Source: Macrostomum lignano
Taxonomy: Eukaryota
DNA: 64,000 nucleotides
NCBI GenBank assembly: GCA_002269645.1
Contig: NIVC01002735.1
Coordinates: forward strand, 80,679-144,678
Reading direction: 5' to 3'
Shown: in pieces, positions 13,531 through 24,780 of the stretch
Layout of the letters: each line of letters opens with the position of its first letter
Numbering within the stretch: position 1 is the first letter of the stretch
The notes under the pieces: generated by a model
What the model was told of the DNA's origin: nothing
Seen by the model: only the letters and a program-made list of their open reading frames with translations
Databases searched by the model: none
Position numbers and translations under genes: made by a program

Positions 13531-14025
13531 CCTAAATAATGTAAAATTTCCTGACAATTTATCGCAGCTAAAAGATCATTAGCTAGTTTATCACCAAATC
13601 ATGTAGACAATTTTTCTGCTTCTAACAATAAACCCAAGCTGAAGCTTATACTGAGCAGTGGGGGATTAAGCTTGAGTACGTAATGCATGGGATTACTCGT
13701 AGGTTGAGCTTGACTCAACACTGGGTTTGGGTTTCGGCGCACTTACCCCAGCAATCGGCCGCGTGCCTTTGACTGGATTCCAGAGGTGAAAAAACGCAAA
13801 CGTGTCAGGTAAGATTGTTAAAATGCTGCACAAAAACTTGATACCAGTGCCGATTCACTGGCAAGGAACACTTCAGGCAAACATGAGCATTTTGCTTCTT
13901 TAAGTAATTTTATAAGACAGAGGTATGAACAGAAAGAAGGTGCTCCTGGGAATCCTGGATAGAGGTTTGGGTTCGATTCGATTTTAAACTTGTTCTTGAA
14001 GGCCAACAGACTTCTGGGTAATGCA

Positions 14026-14093
14026 ACGAGATTCGAACCTCTGACCTTTCGGTTTAGCACCGAACTGAACCCGTTTAACCCGCGCGCTACCCA
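14026..14093 (-). pseudogene. tRNA-Asn-like relic just inside NFI intron 2; mirrored at 19303-19366 on the plus strand
   Basis: TTCGG-TGCTAAA-CCGAA perfect 5-bp stem with 7-nt loop, followed by AGGTC AGAGG TTCGAAT C, resembling the tRNA-Asn 3' half (from memory). Acceptor and D arms are decayed. Confidence 0.35.
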
Positions 14094-14105
14094 CCGGCCT
14101 CTCAC

Positions 14106-14588
14106 CGTTCATCTCGTTGCGAATGAACTCCACTGGGAAGGGCGAGGTGAACTGGAAGAACCGCAGCTGCTCCTCCGCGGTGCCGAACCCCGGCTCCGGC
14201 GGCGAGATCCGGTAGCCGCTGAGCCGCAGCATCTCCATGGTGACGGCCATCATAGCCGGGCTGCACTGGAACTTGAAGTGCCTCGGGTTGATGCACAGCT
14301 CGTCCTCGCAGCGGTGCACCAGCAGTCCGGTGTCCGTGCTGTCCATGGGCACGCCGTGGAACAGGATCGCCACCAGGGTGTCCAGGCGCCACACCTTGTC
14401 GGAGCCGCGCAGGCCGTCAATTCGCTTCATCTTGCCTTTGCCGTCCGGCAGCGTCAGCACGCAGCGGAGTCGTCGCCGCTGTCCAGCCAGACGCGGACGA
14501 AGGCCTCGCGGTGCTCCTCCTGGATCTCTTTGAATATCTTCTTCAAGAGGCTGGCCACGATGTCGGCCAGCTCCGTGTCCGACATCAC
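14106..14588 (-). CDS. NFI: NFI-like gene, left copy, exon 2: CTF/NFI DNA-binding (MH1-type) domain; one 1-bp deletion near 14467
   Basis: Translates to VMSDTELADIVASLLKKIFKEIQEEHREAFV...RCVLTLPDGKGKMKRIDGLRGSDKVWRLDTLVAILFHGVPMDSTD...CEDELCINPRH, matching the NFI signature [41 protein letters not shown]. Acceptor TTCCTAG|GTG, donor AACG|GTGAG. Confidence 0.93.
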
Positions 14589-14679
14589 CTAGGAAGCAGA
14601 AAATCGGGTTTGGGGCTGAGTTTGCGACACCGTCACGCAATAATGCGGCCCGCTCCGCCGTCGCCTTGGAAGTGCACAA

Positions 14680-15115
14680 GCACAGGCACAGGCACAGAGA
14701 ACAGACAACAGGCACAGACAACAGGCACAGACAACAGACAACAGGCACAGACACCAACAACAGGCGCAGACAACAGACAACAGACAACAGGCACAGACAA
14801 CAGGCACAGACAACAGCACAGGCACAGACAACAGACAACAGGCACAGATACAGACAACAGGCACAGATACAGACAACAGGCACAGATACAGACAACAGGC
14901 ACAGACACAGACAACAGGCACAGACACATAAAACAGGCACAGACACAGACAACAGGTACAGACACAGACAACAGGCACAGACACAGACAACAGGCACAGA
15001 CACATAAAACAGGCACAGACACAGACAACAGGCACAGACACAGACAACAGGCACAGACACAGACAACAGCACAGACACAGACAACAGGCACAGACACAGA
15101 CAGCAGAGACAACAG
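14680..15115. repeat. 13-19-bp minisatellite (ACAGACACAGACAACAGGC)n in NFI intron 1
   Basis: 19-nt period (AGGC at 15011, 15030, 15049); 13-nt subunits at the left end. Confidence 0.93.
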
Positions 15116-15933
15116 ACTTGGGCACAGTGGCTCTAAACTTGTCATTGTCAGGAGTGCAAGTGATTAAATTGACTGATTTGAATCTGATTTGAATCTGACA
15201 TCCGACGACTGACCATCCTAAGGATCCGGAACTGAGACCGACCCCTCTTACACGGTGTATCGATAATATCGGTAAATAATTATTTGCTGTGCGGCATCTT
15301 TCGCGAAAAGAAGTGCCACTAATAGTAATAAGTCCGCCTCATTTCTGGGGATAGATCAGTTAGCTGCAGAAGAATCCCTGAACAGGATGAGGCGGCTGCT
15401 GAAACCACCCTGCCCTAATAATTCAGGCATAAGATGGAGGCAGTAAATGGCCGAATAAATCACAGCGAGCCCGCGGGTTGTCTGCTTCAGAAGCAGCAGC
15501 CGAGCTGGCGGCTTTGGTAGGACAGAAATGTCACCGGCCCCGTGTTTGAAAAAACGTAAATGCCCGGATATGTTAGTTAGGGGCGGGGGGGGTCGGGAAG
15601 GCAACAAGGGATTCTTATAAGAATTGACAGAGTGGGAGGGCAGTCCAGACTTCCTAAACATCTGCGGTCATAAATTTGCTGGCGCTGCTGGGCGGGGCTG
15701 CCGCATCGCCAGCTGATCAATTATGCGACTCCGACCGGCTCTGCCAGCGGGCGCGGCGCCCCCATTAGCTGCAGCCATCGGAATTTTCGATGGGGATCTT
15801 CTCCCCCCTGCAGATCGGGATGCCAAGAAGCCCCCCCCCCCCCCTGTCTCATTCGCTTGAATTTTTGCGCGGCAGTTTAGCGAGAGTTTTCCAAGAAATT
15901 GCAGCTAAACGTGCAGGCCTTCAAGGCATTTAT

Positions 15934-16735
15934 GGGGCGATTTGAGCATGGAGGGGGTCACTGCTGCAGATTTGAGCATGGAGGGGGTCACTGCTGCAGA
16001 TTTGAGCATGGAGGGGGTCACTGCTGCAGATTTAAGCATGGAGGGAGGGTCACTGCTGCCGATTTGAGCATGGAGGGGGTCACTGCTGCAGATTTGAGCA
16101 TGGAGGGGGTCACTGCTGCAGATTTGAGCATGGAGGGGGTCACTGCTGCAGATTTGAGCATGGAGGGGGTCACTGCTGCAGATTTGAGCATGGAGGGGGT
16201 CACTGCTGCAGATTTGAGCATGGAGGGGGTCACTGCTGCAGATTTGAGCATGGAGGGGGTCACTGCTGCAGATTAGAGCATGGAGGGGGTCACTGCTGCA
16301 GATTTGAGCATGGAGGGGTCACTGCTGCAGATTTGAGTATGGAGGGGGCACTGCTGCAGATTTGAGCATGGAGGGGGTCAGTGCTGCAGATTTGAGCATC
16401 GAGGGGGTCATCTCTGAAGCTTTAAGCATGGAGGGGTCATCTCTGAAGCTTTAAGCATGGAGGGGTCATCTCCGAATATTTAAGCATGGAGGGGGTCAGT
16501 GCTGCAGATTTGAGCATCGAGGGGGTCATCTCTGAAGCTTTAAGCATGGAGGGGTCATCTCTGAAGCTTTAAGCATGGAGGGGTCATCTCCGAATATTTA
16601 GCATGGAGGGGTCATCTCCGAATATTTAAGCATGGAGGGGTCATCTCCGAATATTTAAGCATGGAGGGGTCATCTCCGAATATTTAAGCATGGAGGGGGT
16701 CATCTCCGAATATTTAAGCATGGAGGGGTCATCTG
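15934..16735. repeat. 30-bp minisatellite (GCAGATTTGAGCATGGAGGGGGTCACTGCT)n grading into a 29-bp variant (CCGAATATTTAAGCATGGAGGGGTCATCT)
   Basis: 10-aa periodic translation MEGVTAADLS; ends about 45 bp from the exon-1 donor. Confidence 0.95.
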
Positions 16736-16779
16736 ACCTTCAAGGAACCGAATTAGCTAAAACAAAGGCAAGCCCTCAC

Positions 16780-17112
16780 CATGGCGGCATCAGAGGCCTC
16801 CCTGAGCCTGGCATAGTCTGACGGCTTAAAGATTCGCTTCTTCTCCTTCTTCTTCTTGCCTGTGCGGATGTGCGACACCGCCCGGTACCAGCGGCCGCCC
16901 ATGCGGCGCACGCGGTTCATGCACAGCAGGATGACGATGTTCTCGCCGAACCTGCGCGACTGTCGGCTGCCGCGCTGCTGGGAAGCCAGGCTCTGCTGCT
17001 GCTGCTGGGAGCCGCCGGCCGACCCCGAAGACGAGGCCGCAGCAGCCGCTTGATGATGCTGAGCGCCGCCGTAGGCCACGGAGTCCAGCGGTTGAGGAGA
17101 CTGGGCTCCCAT
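16780..17112 (-). CDS. NFI: NFI-like gene, first visible coding exon (N-terminal basic pre-DBD helix), single copy in the spacer
   Basis: MGAQSPQ...FGENIVILLCMNRVRRMGGRWYRAVSHIRTGKKKKEKKRIF resembles NFI [37 protein letters not shown]. Phase-0 donor ATG|GTGAGG joins the phase-0 exon 2. Preceded by the acceptor-like TTCACTTTTCAG|ATG. Confidence 0.78.
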
Positions 17113-17319
17113 CTGAAAAGTGAAAGGAACTGCTGTCACAATGTCAGAACAGGGCGGTTTTTTACCGCATCACCGCGTCCAATTCCGAATTCGATTGAAG
17201 ATGAACAGAATTGAAAATTTAACAATCAAATTTGATTTAATTCTGTAATTTTATCACATCTCCATCACTCATTCGTTATTTAAACCTGCGATCTCAAAGA
17301 CTCTTTGATTTATCCTGTG

Positions 17320-17899
17320 ATCTAACCGACTCTGTGATCTGCCTGACTCTGTGATCTGCCTGACTCTGTGATCTGCCTGACTCTGTGATCTGCCTGACTC
17401 TGTGATCTGCCCGACTCTGTGATCTGCCTGACTCTGTGATCTGCCTGACTCTGTGATCTGCCTGACTCTGTGATCTGCCGACTCTGTGATCTGCCTGACT
17501 CTGTGATCTGCCTGACTCTGTGATCTGCCTGACTCTGTGATCTGCCTGACTTTGTGACCTACCCGACTCTGTGATCTACCCGACTCTGTGATCTGCCTGA
17601 CTCTGTGATCTGCCTGAATCCTGTGATCTGCCTGACTCTGTGATCTACCTGACTCTGTGATCTGCCTGACTCTGTGATCTGCCTGACTCTGTGATCTGCC
17701 TGACTCTGTGATCTGCCTGACTTTGTGACCTACCCGACTCTGTGATCTACCCGACTCTGTGATCTGCCTGACTCTGTGATCTGCCCGACTCTGTGATCTA
17801 CCTACTCTGTGATTTACCTACTCTGTGATCTGCCTGACTCTGTGATCTACCTGACTCTGTGATCTGCCTGACTCTGTGATCTGCCTGACTCTGTGATCT
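17320..17899. repeat. 17-bp minisatellite (CTGCCTGACTCTGTGAT)n running into the gap
   Basis: 17-nt period seen directly; truncated by Ns. Confidence 0.95.
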
Positions 17900-18694
17900 N
17901 NNNNNNNNNNNNNNNNNNNNNNNNNNNNNNNNNNNNNNNNNNNNNNNNNNNNNNNNNNNNNNNNNNNNNNNNNNNNNNNNNNNNNNNNNNNNNNNNNNNN
18001 NNNNNNNNNNNNNNNNNNNNNNNNNNNNNNNNNNNNNNNNNNNNNNNNNNNNNNNNNNNNNNNNNNNNNNNNNNNNNNNNNNNNNNNNNNNNNNNNNNNN
18101 NNNNNNNNNNNNNNNNNNNNNNNNNNNNNNNNNNNNNNNNNNNNNNNNNNNNNNNNNNNNNNNNNNNNNNNNNNNNNNNNNNNNNNNNNNNNNNNNNNNN
18201 NNNNNNNNNNNNNNNNNNNNNNNNNNNNNNNNNNNNNNNNNNNNNNNNNNNNNNNNNNNNNNNNNNNNNNNNNNNNNNNNNNNNNNNNNNNNNNNNNNNN
18301 NNNNNNNNNNNNNNNNNNNNNNNNNNNNNNNNNNNNNNNNNNNNNNNNNNNNNNNNNNNNNNNNNNNNNNNNNNNNNNNNNNNNNNNNNNNNNNNNNNNN
18401 NNNNNNNNNNNNNNNNNNNNNNNNNNNNNNNNNNNNNNNNNNNNNNNNNNNNNNNNNNNNNNNNNNNNNNNNNNNNNNNNNNNNNNNNNNNNNNNNNNNN
18501 NNNNNNNNNNNNNNNNNNNNNNNNNNNNNNNNNNNNNNNNNNNNNNNNNNNNNNNNNNNNNNNNNNNNNNNNNNNNNNNNNNNNNNNNNNNNNNNNNNNN
18601 NNNNNNNNNNNNNNNNNNNNNNNNNNNNNNNNNNNNNNNNNNNNNNNNNNNNNNNNNNNNNNNNNNNNNNNNNNNNNNNNNNNNNNNNNNNNNN
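17900..18694. other. Assembly gap, 795 N
   Basis: Run of N; both flanks end in tandem arrays. Confidence 1.
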
Positions 18695-18806
18695 TCTCTG
18701 TGCCTGTGCCTGTGCTTGTGCACTTCCAAGGCGACGGCGGAAGCGGCCGCATTATTGCGTGACGGTGTCGCAAACTCAGCCCCAAACCCGATTTTCTGCT
18801 TCCTAG

Positions 18807-19287
18807 GTGATGTCGGACACGGAGCTGGCGACATCGTGGCCAGCCTCTTGAAGAAGATATTCAAAGAGATCCAGGAGGAGCACCGCGAGGCCTTCGTCCG
18901 CGTCTGGCTGGACAGCGGCGACGACTCCCGCTGCGTGCTGACGCTGCCGGACGGCAAAGGCAAGATGAAGCGAATTGACGGCCTGCGCGGCTCCGACAAG
19001 GTGTGGCGCCTGACACCCTGGTGGCGATCCTGTTCCACGGCGTGCCCATGGACAGCACGGACACCGGACTGCTGGTGCACCGCTGCGAGGACGAGCTGTG
19101 CATCAACCCGAGGCACTTCAAGTTCCAGTGCAGCCCGGCTATGATGGCCGTCACCATGGAGATGCTGCGGCTCAGCGGCTACCGGATCTCGCCGCCGGAG
19201 CCGGGTTCGGCACCGCGGAGGAGCAGCTGCGGTTCTTCCAGTTCACCTCGCCCTTCCCAGTGGAGTTCATTCGCAACGAGATGAACG
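18807..19287 (+). CDS. NFI: NFI-like gene, right copy, exon 2 (DBD) with three 1-bp deletions (about 18828, 19011, 19204)
   Basis: Mirror of 14106-14588; 481 bp against 484 expected; same splice sites. Confidence 0.85.
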
Positions 19288-19861
19288 GTGAGAGGCCGGT
19301 GGGTAGCGCGCGGTTAAACGGGTTCAGTTCGGTGCTAAACCGAAAGGTCAGAGGTTCGAATCTCGTTGCATTACCCAGAAGTCTGTTGGCCTTCAAGAAC
19401 AAGTTTAAAATCGAATCGAACCCAAACCTCTATCCCAGGATTCCCAGGAGCACCTTCTTTCTGTTCATACCTCTGTCTTATAAAATTACTTAAAGAAGCA
19501 AAATGCTCATGTTTGCCTGAAGTGTTCCTTGCCAGTGAATCGGCACTGGTATCAAGTTTTTGTGCAGCATTTTAACAATCTTACCTGACACGTTTGCGTT
19601 TTTTCACCTCTGGAATCCAGTCAAAGGCACGCGGCCGATTGCTGGGGTAAGTGCGCCGAAACCCAAACCCAGTGTTGAGTCAAGCTCAACCTACGAGTAA
19701 TCCCATGCATTACGTACTCAAGCTTAATCCCCCACTGCTCAGTATAAGCTTCAGCTTGGGTTTATTGTTAGAAGCAGAAAAATTGTCTACATGATTTGGT
19801 GATAAACTAGCTAATGATCTTTTAGCTGCGATAAATTGTCAGGAAATTTTACATTATTTAG

Positions 19862-21100
19862 GGCAGCTCAGGTGAGGGGAAATGGGTGGAGAGGAGAGCT
19901 CAGGTGAGGGGAAATGAGTGGGGAGGAGAGCTCAAGTGAGGGGAAATGAGTGGGGAGGAGAGCTCAAGTGAGGGGAAATGAGTGGGGAGGAGAGCTCAAG
20001 TGAGGGGAAATGAGTGGGAGGAGAGCTCAGGTGAGGGGAAATGAGTGGGGAGGAGAGCTCAGGTGAGGGGAAATGAGTGGGGAGGAGAGCTCAGGTGAGG
20101 GGAAATGAGTGGGGAGGAGAGCTCAGGTGAGGGGAAATGAGTGGGGAGGAGAGCTCAGGTGAGGGGAAATGGGTGGGGAGGAGAGCTCAGGTGGGGGGAA
20201 ATGGGTGGGGAGGAGAGCTCAGGTGAGGGGAAATGGTGGGGAGGAGAGCTCAGCTGAGGGAAATGAGTGGGGAGGAGAGCTCCGGTGAGCGGAGTGGGGA
20301 GGAGAGCTCAGGTGAGGGGAAATGAGTGGGGAGGAGAGCTCAGCTGAGGGGAAATGAGTGGGGAGGAGAGCTCAGGTGAGGGGAGTGGGGAGGAGAGCTC
20401 AGGTGAGAGGAGTGGGGAGGAGAGCTCAGGTGAGGGAGTGGGGAGGAGAGCTCAGGTGAGGGGAGTGGGGAGGAGAGCTCAGGTGAGGGGAGTGGGGAGG
20501 AGAGCTCAGGTGAGGGGAGTGGGGAGGAGAGCTCAGGTGAGAGGAGTGGGGAGGAGAGCTCAGGTGAGGGAGTGGGGAGGAGAGCTCAGGTGAGGGGAGT
20601 GGGGAGGAGAGCTCAGGTGAGGGGAGTGGGGAGGAGAGCTCAGGTGAGGGGAGTGGGGAGGAGAGCTCAGGTGAGGGGAGTGGGGAGGAGAGCTCAGGTG
20701 AGGGGAGTGGGGAGGAGAGCTCAGGTGAGAGGAGTGGGGAGGAGAGCTCAGGTGAGGGGAGTGGGAGGAGAGCTCAGGTGAGGGGAAATGGGTGGGGAGG
20801 AGAGCTCAGGTGAGAGGAGTGGGGAGGAGAGCTCAGGTGAGGGAGTGGGGAGGAGAGCTCAGGTGAGGGGAGTGGGAGGAGAGCTCAGGTGAGGGGAGTG
20901 GGGAGGAGAGCTCAGGTGAGGGGAGTGGGGAGGAGAGCTCAGGTGAGGGGAGTGGGGAGGAGAGCTCAGGTGAGGGGAGTGGGGAGGAGAGCTCAGGTGA
21001 GGGGAGTGGGGAGGAGAGCTCAGGTGAGGGGAGTGGGAGGAGAGCTCAGGTGAGGGGAGTGGGGAGGAGAGCTCAGGTGAGAGGAGTGGGGAGGAGAGCT
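19862..21100. repeat. Right-arm copy of the 27-30-bp minisatellite (G-rich on the plus strand)
   Basis: Mirror of 12293-13530. Confidence 0.95.
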
Positions 21101-22666
21101 TAGATGTGTAAACTTGGAAGCTCAGGAGCAAAGCGAATGGGATTTATATACAAGGGTAACGAGAGAGTGGACAAGTATCAAGCATGAATCAGCTGACAGT
21201 CGAGCTGTTAAAAGATCAACAAACAAAACGCGTTTACAGGCTTTCAATTAGTCTTTGTTGCTCTGCATGCGATCCCCGCCACTCCGAGACCGCAGCAATC
21301 TATTTAAATACTCGCAGTTGGGGCGCAATAAATCTTGGTCTCAGAGCCCCCCTGCTACAAAGACTGCAACGCTTAATAGGCAGGAGAGAATTACCCAACT
21401 ACCTGGTGACGCTGCCCCCGCCCCCATACCGGGTTGCCGCCGCCTAATCTGTGAGGATTGTAAATTAGTGGGATTTGAAGGGGAAGCAAAGGAGGGGAAA
21501 AATTGACACCGAGGAATTTTGACAATCGACAATTCGGAATGCCGTCTGCGGTCACCGCAGTGTCTGAGTCTTTGTCTTGTTACGGAATTCTATTAACGAT
21601 GCTTCCGTGACAGCAATAGTTTTGACTGCATTTTGAAGAAACACTTCAGCATCTTGGTGTGGCGATCTGTGAGGCAGGAGTTATGGCCCCGCTCGGGACC
21701 AGCTGCTATGGGAACCCGACCTTACCTGGGGCTGGCGAAATCCTTAACTTGACGGATGACCCGAGACTGGACAGCAGTCTGAATTCCCAGCTGCTTTGTG
21801 GGTTCTCTTCCCAACTGGTTTTCAGGAATAATTAACAGGACTTTCCAGTCTGCTCTTCTATGCGGTCCTTTGTCATTCATTTTGAAGTTGCATCAGCGGT
21901 GGTTGCGTTGATGTCACCGAGGGGTTGCCCATAACTCTCTGGCGAATATTTATATGAGGCTCAACTTTGCTGATTTCACCCGTGAAGTTTGGCAGCACCA
22001 AACTCAAACGAGGAACTCAGCGCGTGTGAGAAAAACACTCGTTCACTCCGAAGCTATAGGCCTCGATAATTTCATAACCCAAGAGGCGCACCCAAAGTGC
22101 ATGAAGGACCAATTACTTTTCTTAGAAAGCGACCACCATTTACGACTTGAGTATTTACGACAAGCTCTTTTTCTCGATATCCATAGCTTGTCCCAAACGT
22201 ACTTTTAAGAAAACCCAGACCTTTCACATACGTCTTCAAAAGTGAGATTCGAACTCACGCCAGTCCAAGACCAGTTTCTGAGTTTTCAGTCAGCGGATAT
22301 TAAACCGCAGCCTTTTAGCAGCCATTTTGTATTTACACTAATAAAGTTGCATCACATGCTTGTCTTGCTACTTTGAATAGTAGGCAAAAATCTCTGATAC
22401 AATCTACGAGTAGCTATTATCCTGAGCTTTTGAAAAAGAGTTATGAAATTATTTTGTTCTAAGCGTCCTGTACTTAAGAAAAAGCGTTAACTTTTAACTC
22501 ATTAAAACAGTTTGTTTTTCCTACCTGCCATCCCGCACAACTGTAGAAGCTTGTGGGCAGTACCTGAAGAGTCATATTTTAAAAAAATCTCACTGAACAT
22601 GTCGGGCTTCTGAAAAAATCCACATTTTCCACGACGCCGTCACAACCTTCAATGCGAAACCCGCAG

Positions 22667-23047
22667 CCTCGATGTCCGTGCCACCGCCGCTGCTCGACCG
22701 CTACCAGCTGTCGCCGGAGGACGCCGCCTTCGTGCGCGACAGCTACCCAGCCGTGTGGGCCGCCTACCAGGACTCCCTGGCTACCGGCCGGCGCCAGCTC
22801 GACCATCGGCGCGGCGGAGGTGGACCGGCGGCCAAGCGCCGTTGTGTCCGCGGCGCCGGCGGCGGCAGACGGCGCGCCCACAAGAGGACACGCATTGACG
22901 ACAATGAGGAGGAGGCAGACGATGGGCCGGAGGACAGCGATGATAGCGATGATGGCGGCGAACCTGCCGGCGATGAGGCGGACAACGAGGAGGCTGATCG
23001 ACCGCCAGCCAGGAAGCGGCGAGGCGCTGAAGCTGCTGCCGTGTTCA
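22667..23047 (+). CDS. NFI: NFI-like gene, right copy, exon 3
   Basis: CCGCAG|CCTCGATG ... TTCA|GTGAGT; identical translation to the left copy. Confidence 0.8.
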
Positions 23048-23234
23048 GTGAGTGCGATTAGAGACGATTGCTGAAACAAAAGATCAATTATTAGTTTGCT
23101 TCAGTGATCATTCACTCCGTCGAGTGATGGGAACTTTTCTGGATCAACTTTTTATTTAGAAAGTCATCAAATCACCAACCAGCCAGTCAGCAAGCAAATA
23201 CATTTGCCTGTTAATCGATCAAATTCCGTTGCAG

Positions 23235-23515
23235 AGCACGCCAAAAGCGGCCATTCAATTGCCGACACCAGCGGGTCGACGTCTGCCGCTGCCGACGATG
23301 TTGACGTTGACGTCGACGAAGAAGACGCTGGCGCAGACGCCGCCGCTCAGCAGCAGCAGCGCCGCCGGCTGCGCCTGCTGCGCCAGCAGAACAGCCAGAC
23401 GGAGGCGGAGGTGGCGGAGATCACCGGCCTGCCAGCCGGCGACGCCGCCAAGGAGCCGCTATCGGCCGCGGCGGCTTCGCTGCACTCGCTGCGTGGCTCG
23501 CCCTACTGCAGAAGC
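23235..23515 (+). CDS. NFI: NFI-like gene, right copy, exon 4
   Basis: TTGCAG|AGCACG ... AGC|GTGAGT; 281 bp. Confidence 0.8.
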
Positions 23516-23856
23516 GTGAGTGCTCGCCAAATCGCAAATAGAATTCACAGCGTGTATGCATTGCATCATCTTAAACAGGCATTTGCACTCTTTTTTTCTA
23601 TAGCTTTTTCAAGAAAATAAGCATAAAATTCGTTTTAAACAAAAAAACTGTTCGTTTCTGTAACGTGAAATTTCAATCGATTTTCGATTAAACGCCCTGC
23701 TCGAGGATCATTGGCGGACAAAACGTTAGGCGTTAGCAAAAATCAGTTTTTTTTCAAATCCATGGAAGCCACTCATTGAAATTAGACAAATCAGTTACTA
23801 CTCTAAGTAGAGTTACCGGCTCATTAACTTGTTCTTTTATTCCATCCTTTTCTCAG

Positions 23857-24780
23857 CCGATGACCTCGGAGTTGAACTTCACGGCCTTTCCGTTCGCCGG
23901 AGCCTCTTCAGTAGTTTCCGCTTCCGCATCGGCTTCCGCCGCTGCTGTCTCGTCCGTGTCCTCCATTCACGGCGGCGGGAACAGCGGAGGCGGCGAAGGC
24001 GGCGGCAGCCGACGATCCAGCGATTCGCCGGTCTGCGGCGGCGCCTCGACCTCCTCGGGCGGGGCCTCCTCGACCACAGCGAATGTCGATGCGCTCCCAG
24101 CGCCGCCCCCGAGCTCCGCCGTTGTGATCGTCACCCCTACCGCCGAGCTGGAAGTCGCAGCTGGCAGCCAAACTGCGGGAACTACAGCAGCCAAAGCCAG
24201 CGCCGCCACCGCCGCCGCCGCAGCCGCCGCCGCAGCTGCAGCCGCGATGCCCGCTCCGCAGCTGCGTCATCTGCCTCGGCCTCGGCCGCTTGTGCCCGGC
24301 CGGGACGGCACACTGAAGGAGCGGGACGAGGGGCAGCAGCTTCATCACCAGCATCACCAGCAGCAGCAGCAACAGCTCCAGCAGCAGAGTCAGCGCCAGC
24401 ATCAGCACCAAATGCACCACAGCCGATCCTCAGCCGCCGACCTGTTCCGCCCAATCCTGTCCTCGCCAATAGACTTTTGCCGCAACGACACGCCGAACGC
24501 GATCAAGATGATTCTGGAGCTGCAGCGGGACTCCAGCCCGGCAGGCGCCAAGCTGTCCCGCGCGGCCGGCATCGACCACTTTGAGCACATCTTTCGCGCT
24601 ACTCCGGGCGCCACGCCGACCTGGCCAGGCGCCAGTCCGGTTGGCGCCAGTCCGGTGCGCTTTCTTGCTGCTGCGGCTGCTGCGGCTGCTGCTGCCGCCG
24701 CCGCCGCTGCTGCCACAAGCAAGGCTCCGCCTGCGGCTGCCACCGCTGCCGTAGCCGGAAGTCCTGGAGCTGGTCACTAA
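23857..24780 (+). CDS. NFI: NFI-like gene, right copy, terminal exon 5
   Basis: TCTCAG|CCGATG ... TAA; 924 bp. Confidence 0.8.
   Translation, partial: PMTSELNFTAFPFAGASSVVSASASASAAAVSSVSSIHGGGNSGGGEGGGSRRSSDSPVCGGASTSSGGASSTTANVDALPAPPPSSAVVIVTPTAELEVAAGSQTAGTTAAKASAATAAAAAAAAAAAAMPAPQLRHLPRPRPLVPGRDGTLKERDEGQQLHHQHHQQQQQQLQQQSQRQHQHQMHHSRSSAADLFRPILSSPIDFCRNDTPNAIKMILELQRDSSPAGAKLSRAAGIDHFEHIFRATPGATPTWPGASPVGASPVRFLAAAAAAAAAAAAAAAATSKAPPAAATAAVAGSPGAGH

Larger units (their letters stand above)
1..14700. repeat. Left arm of giant inverted repeat
   Basis: Reverse complement of 18695-30745. Paired coordinates sum to about 33395-33397 over the inner arm (8617/24780, 14700/18695). The ORF track shows mirrored identical proteins (334, 129, 166, 251 aa). 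Confidence 0.97.

Noticed and set aside
14270-14330. His-Cys box homing endonuclease (HxCxxxxCxNPxH, I-PpoI-like)
   Set aside because: The motif sits inside a continuous NFI DBD match, and the metal-binding Asn expected 9 residues after the His is Met. The similarity reflects the known MH1/His-Cys fold relationship.
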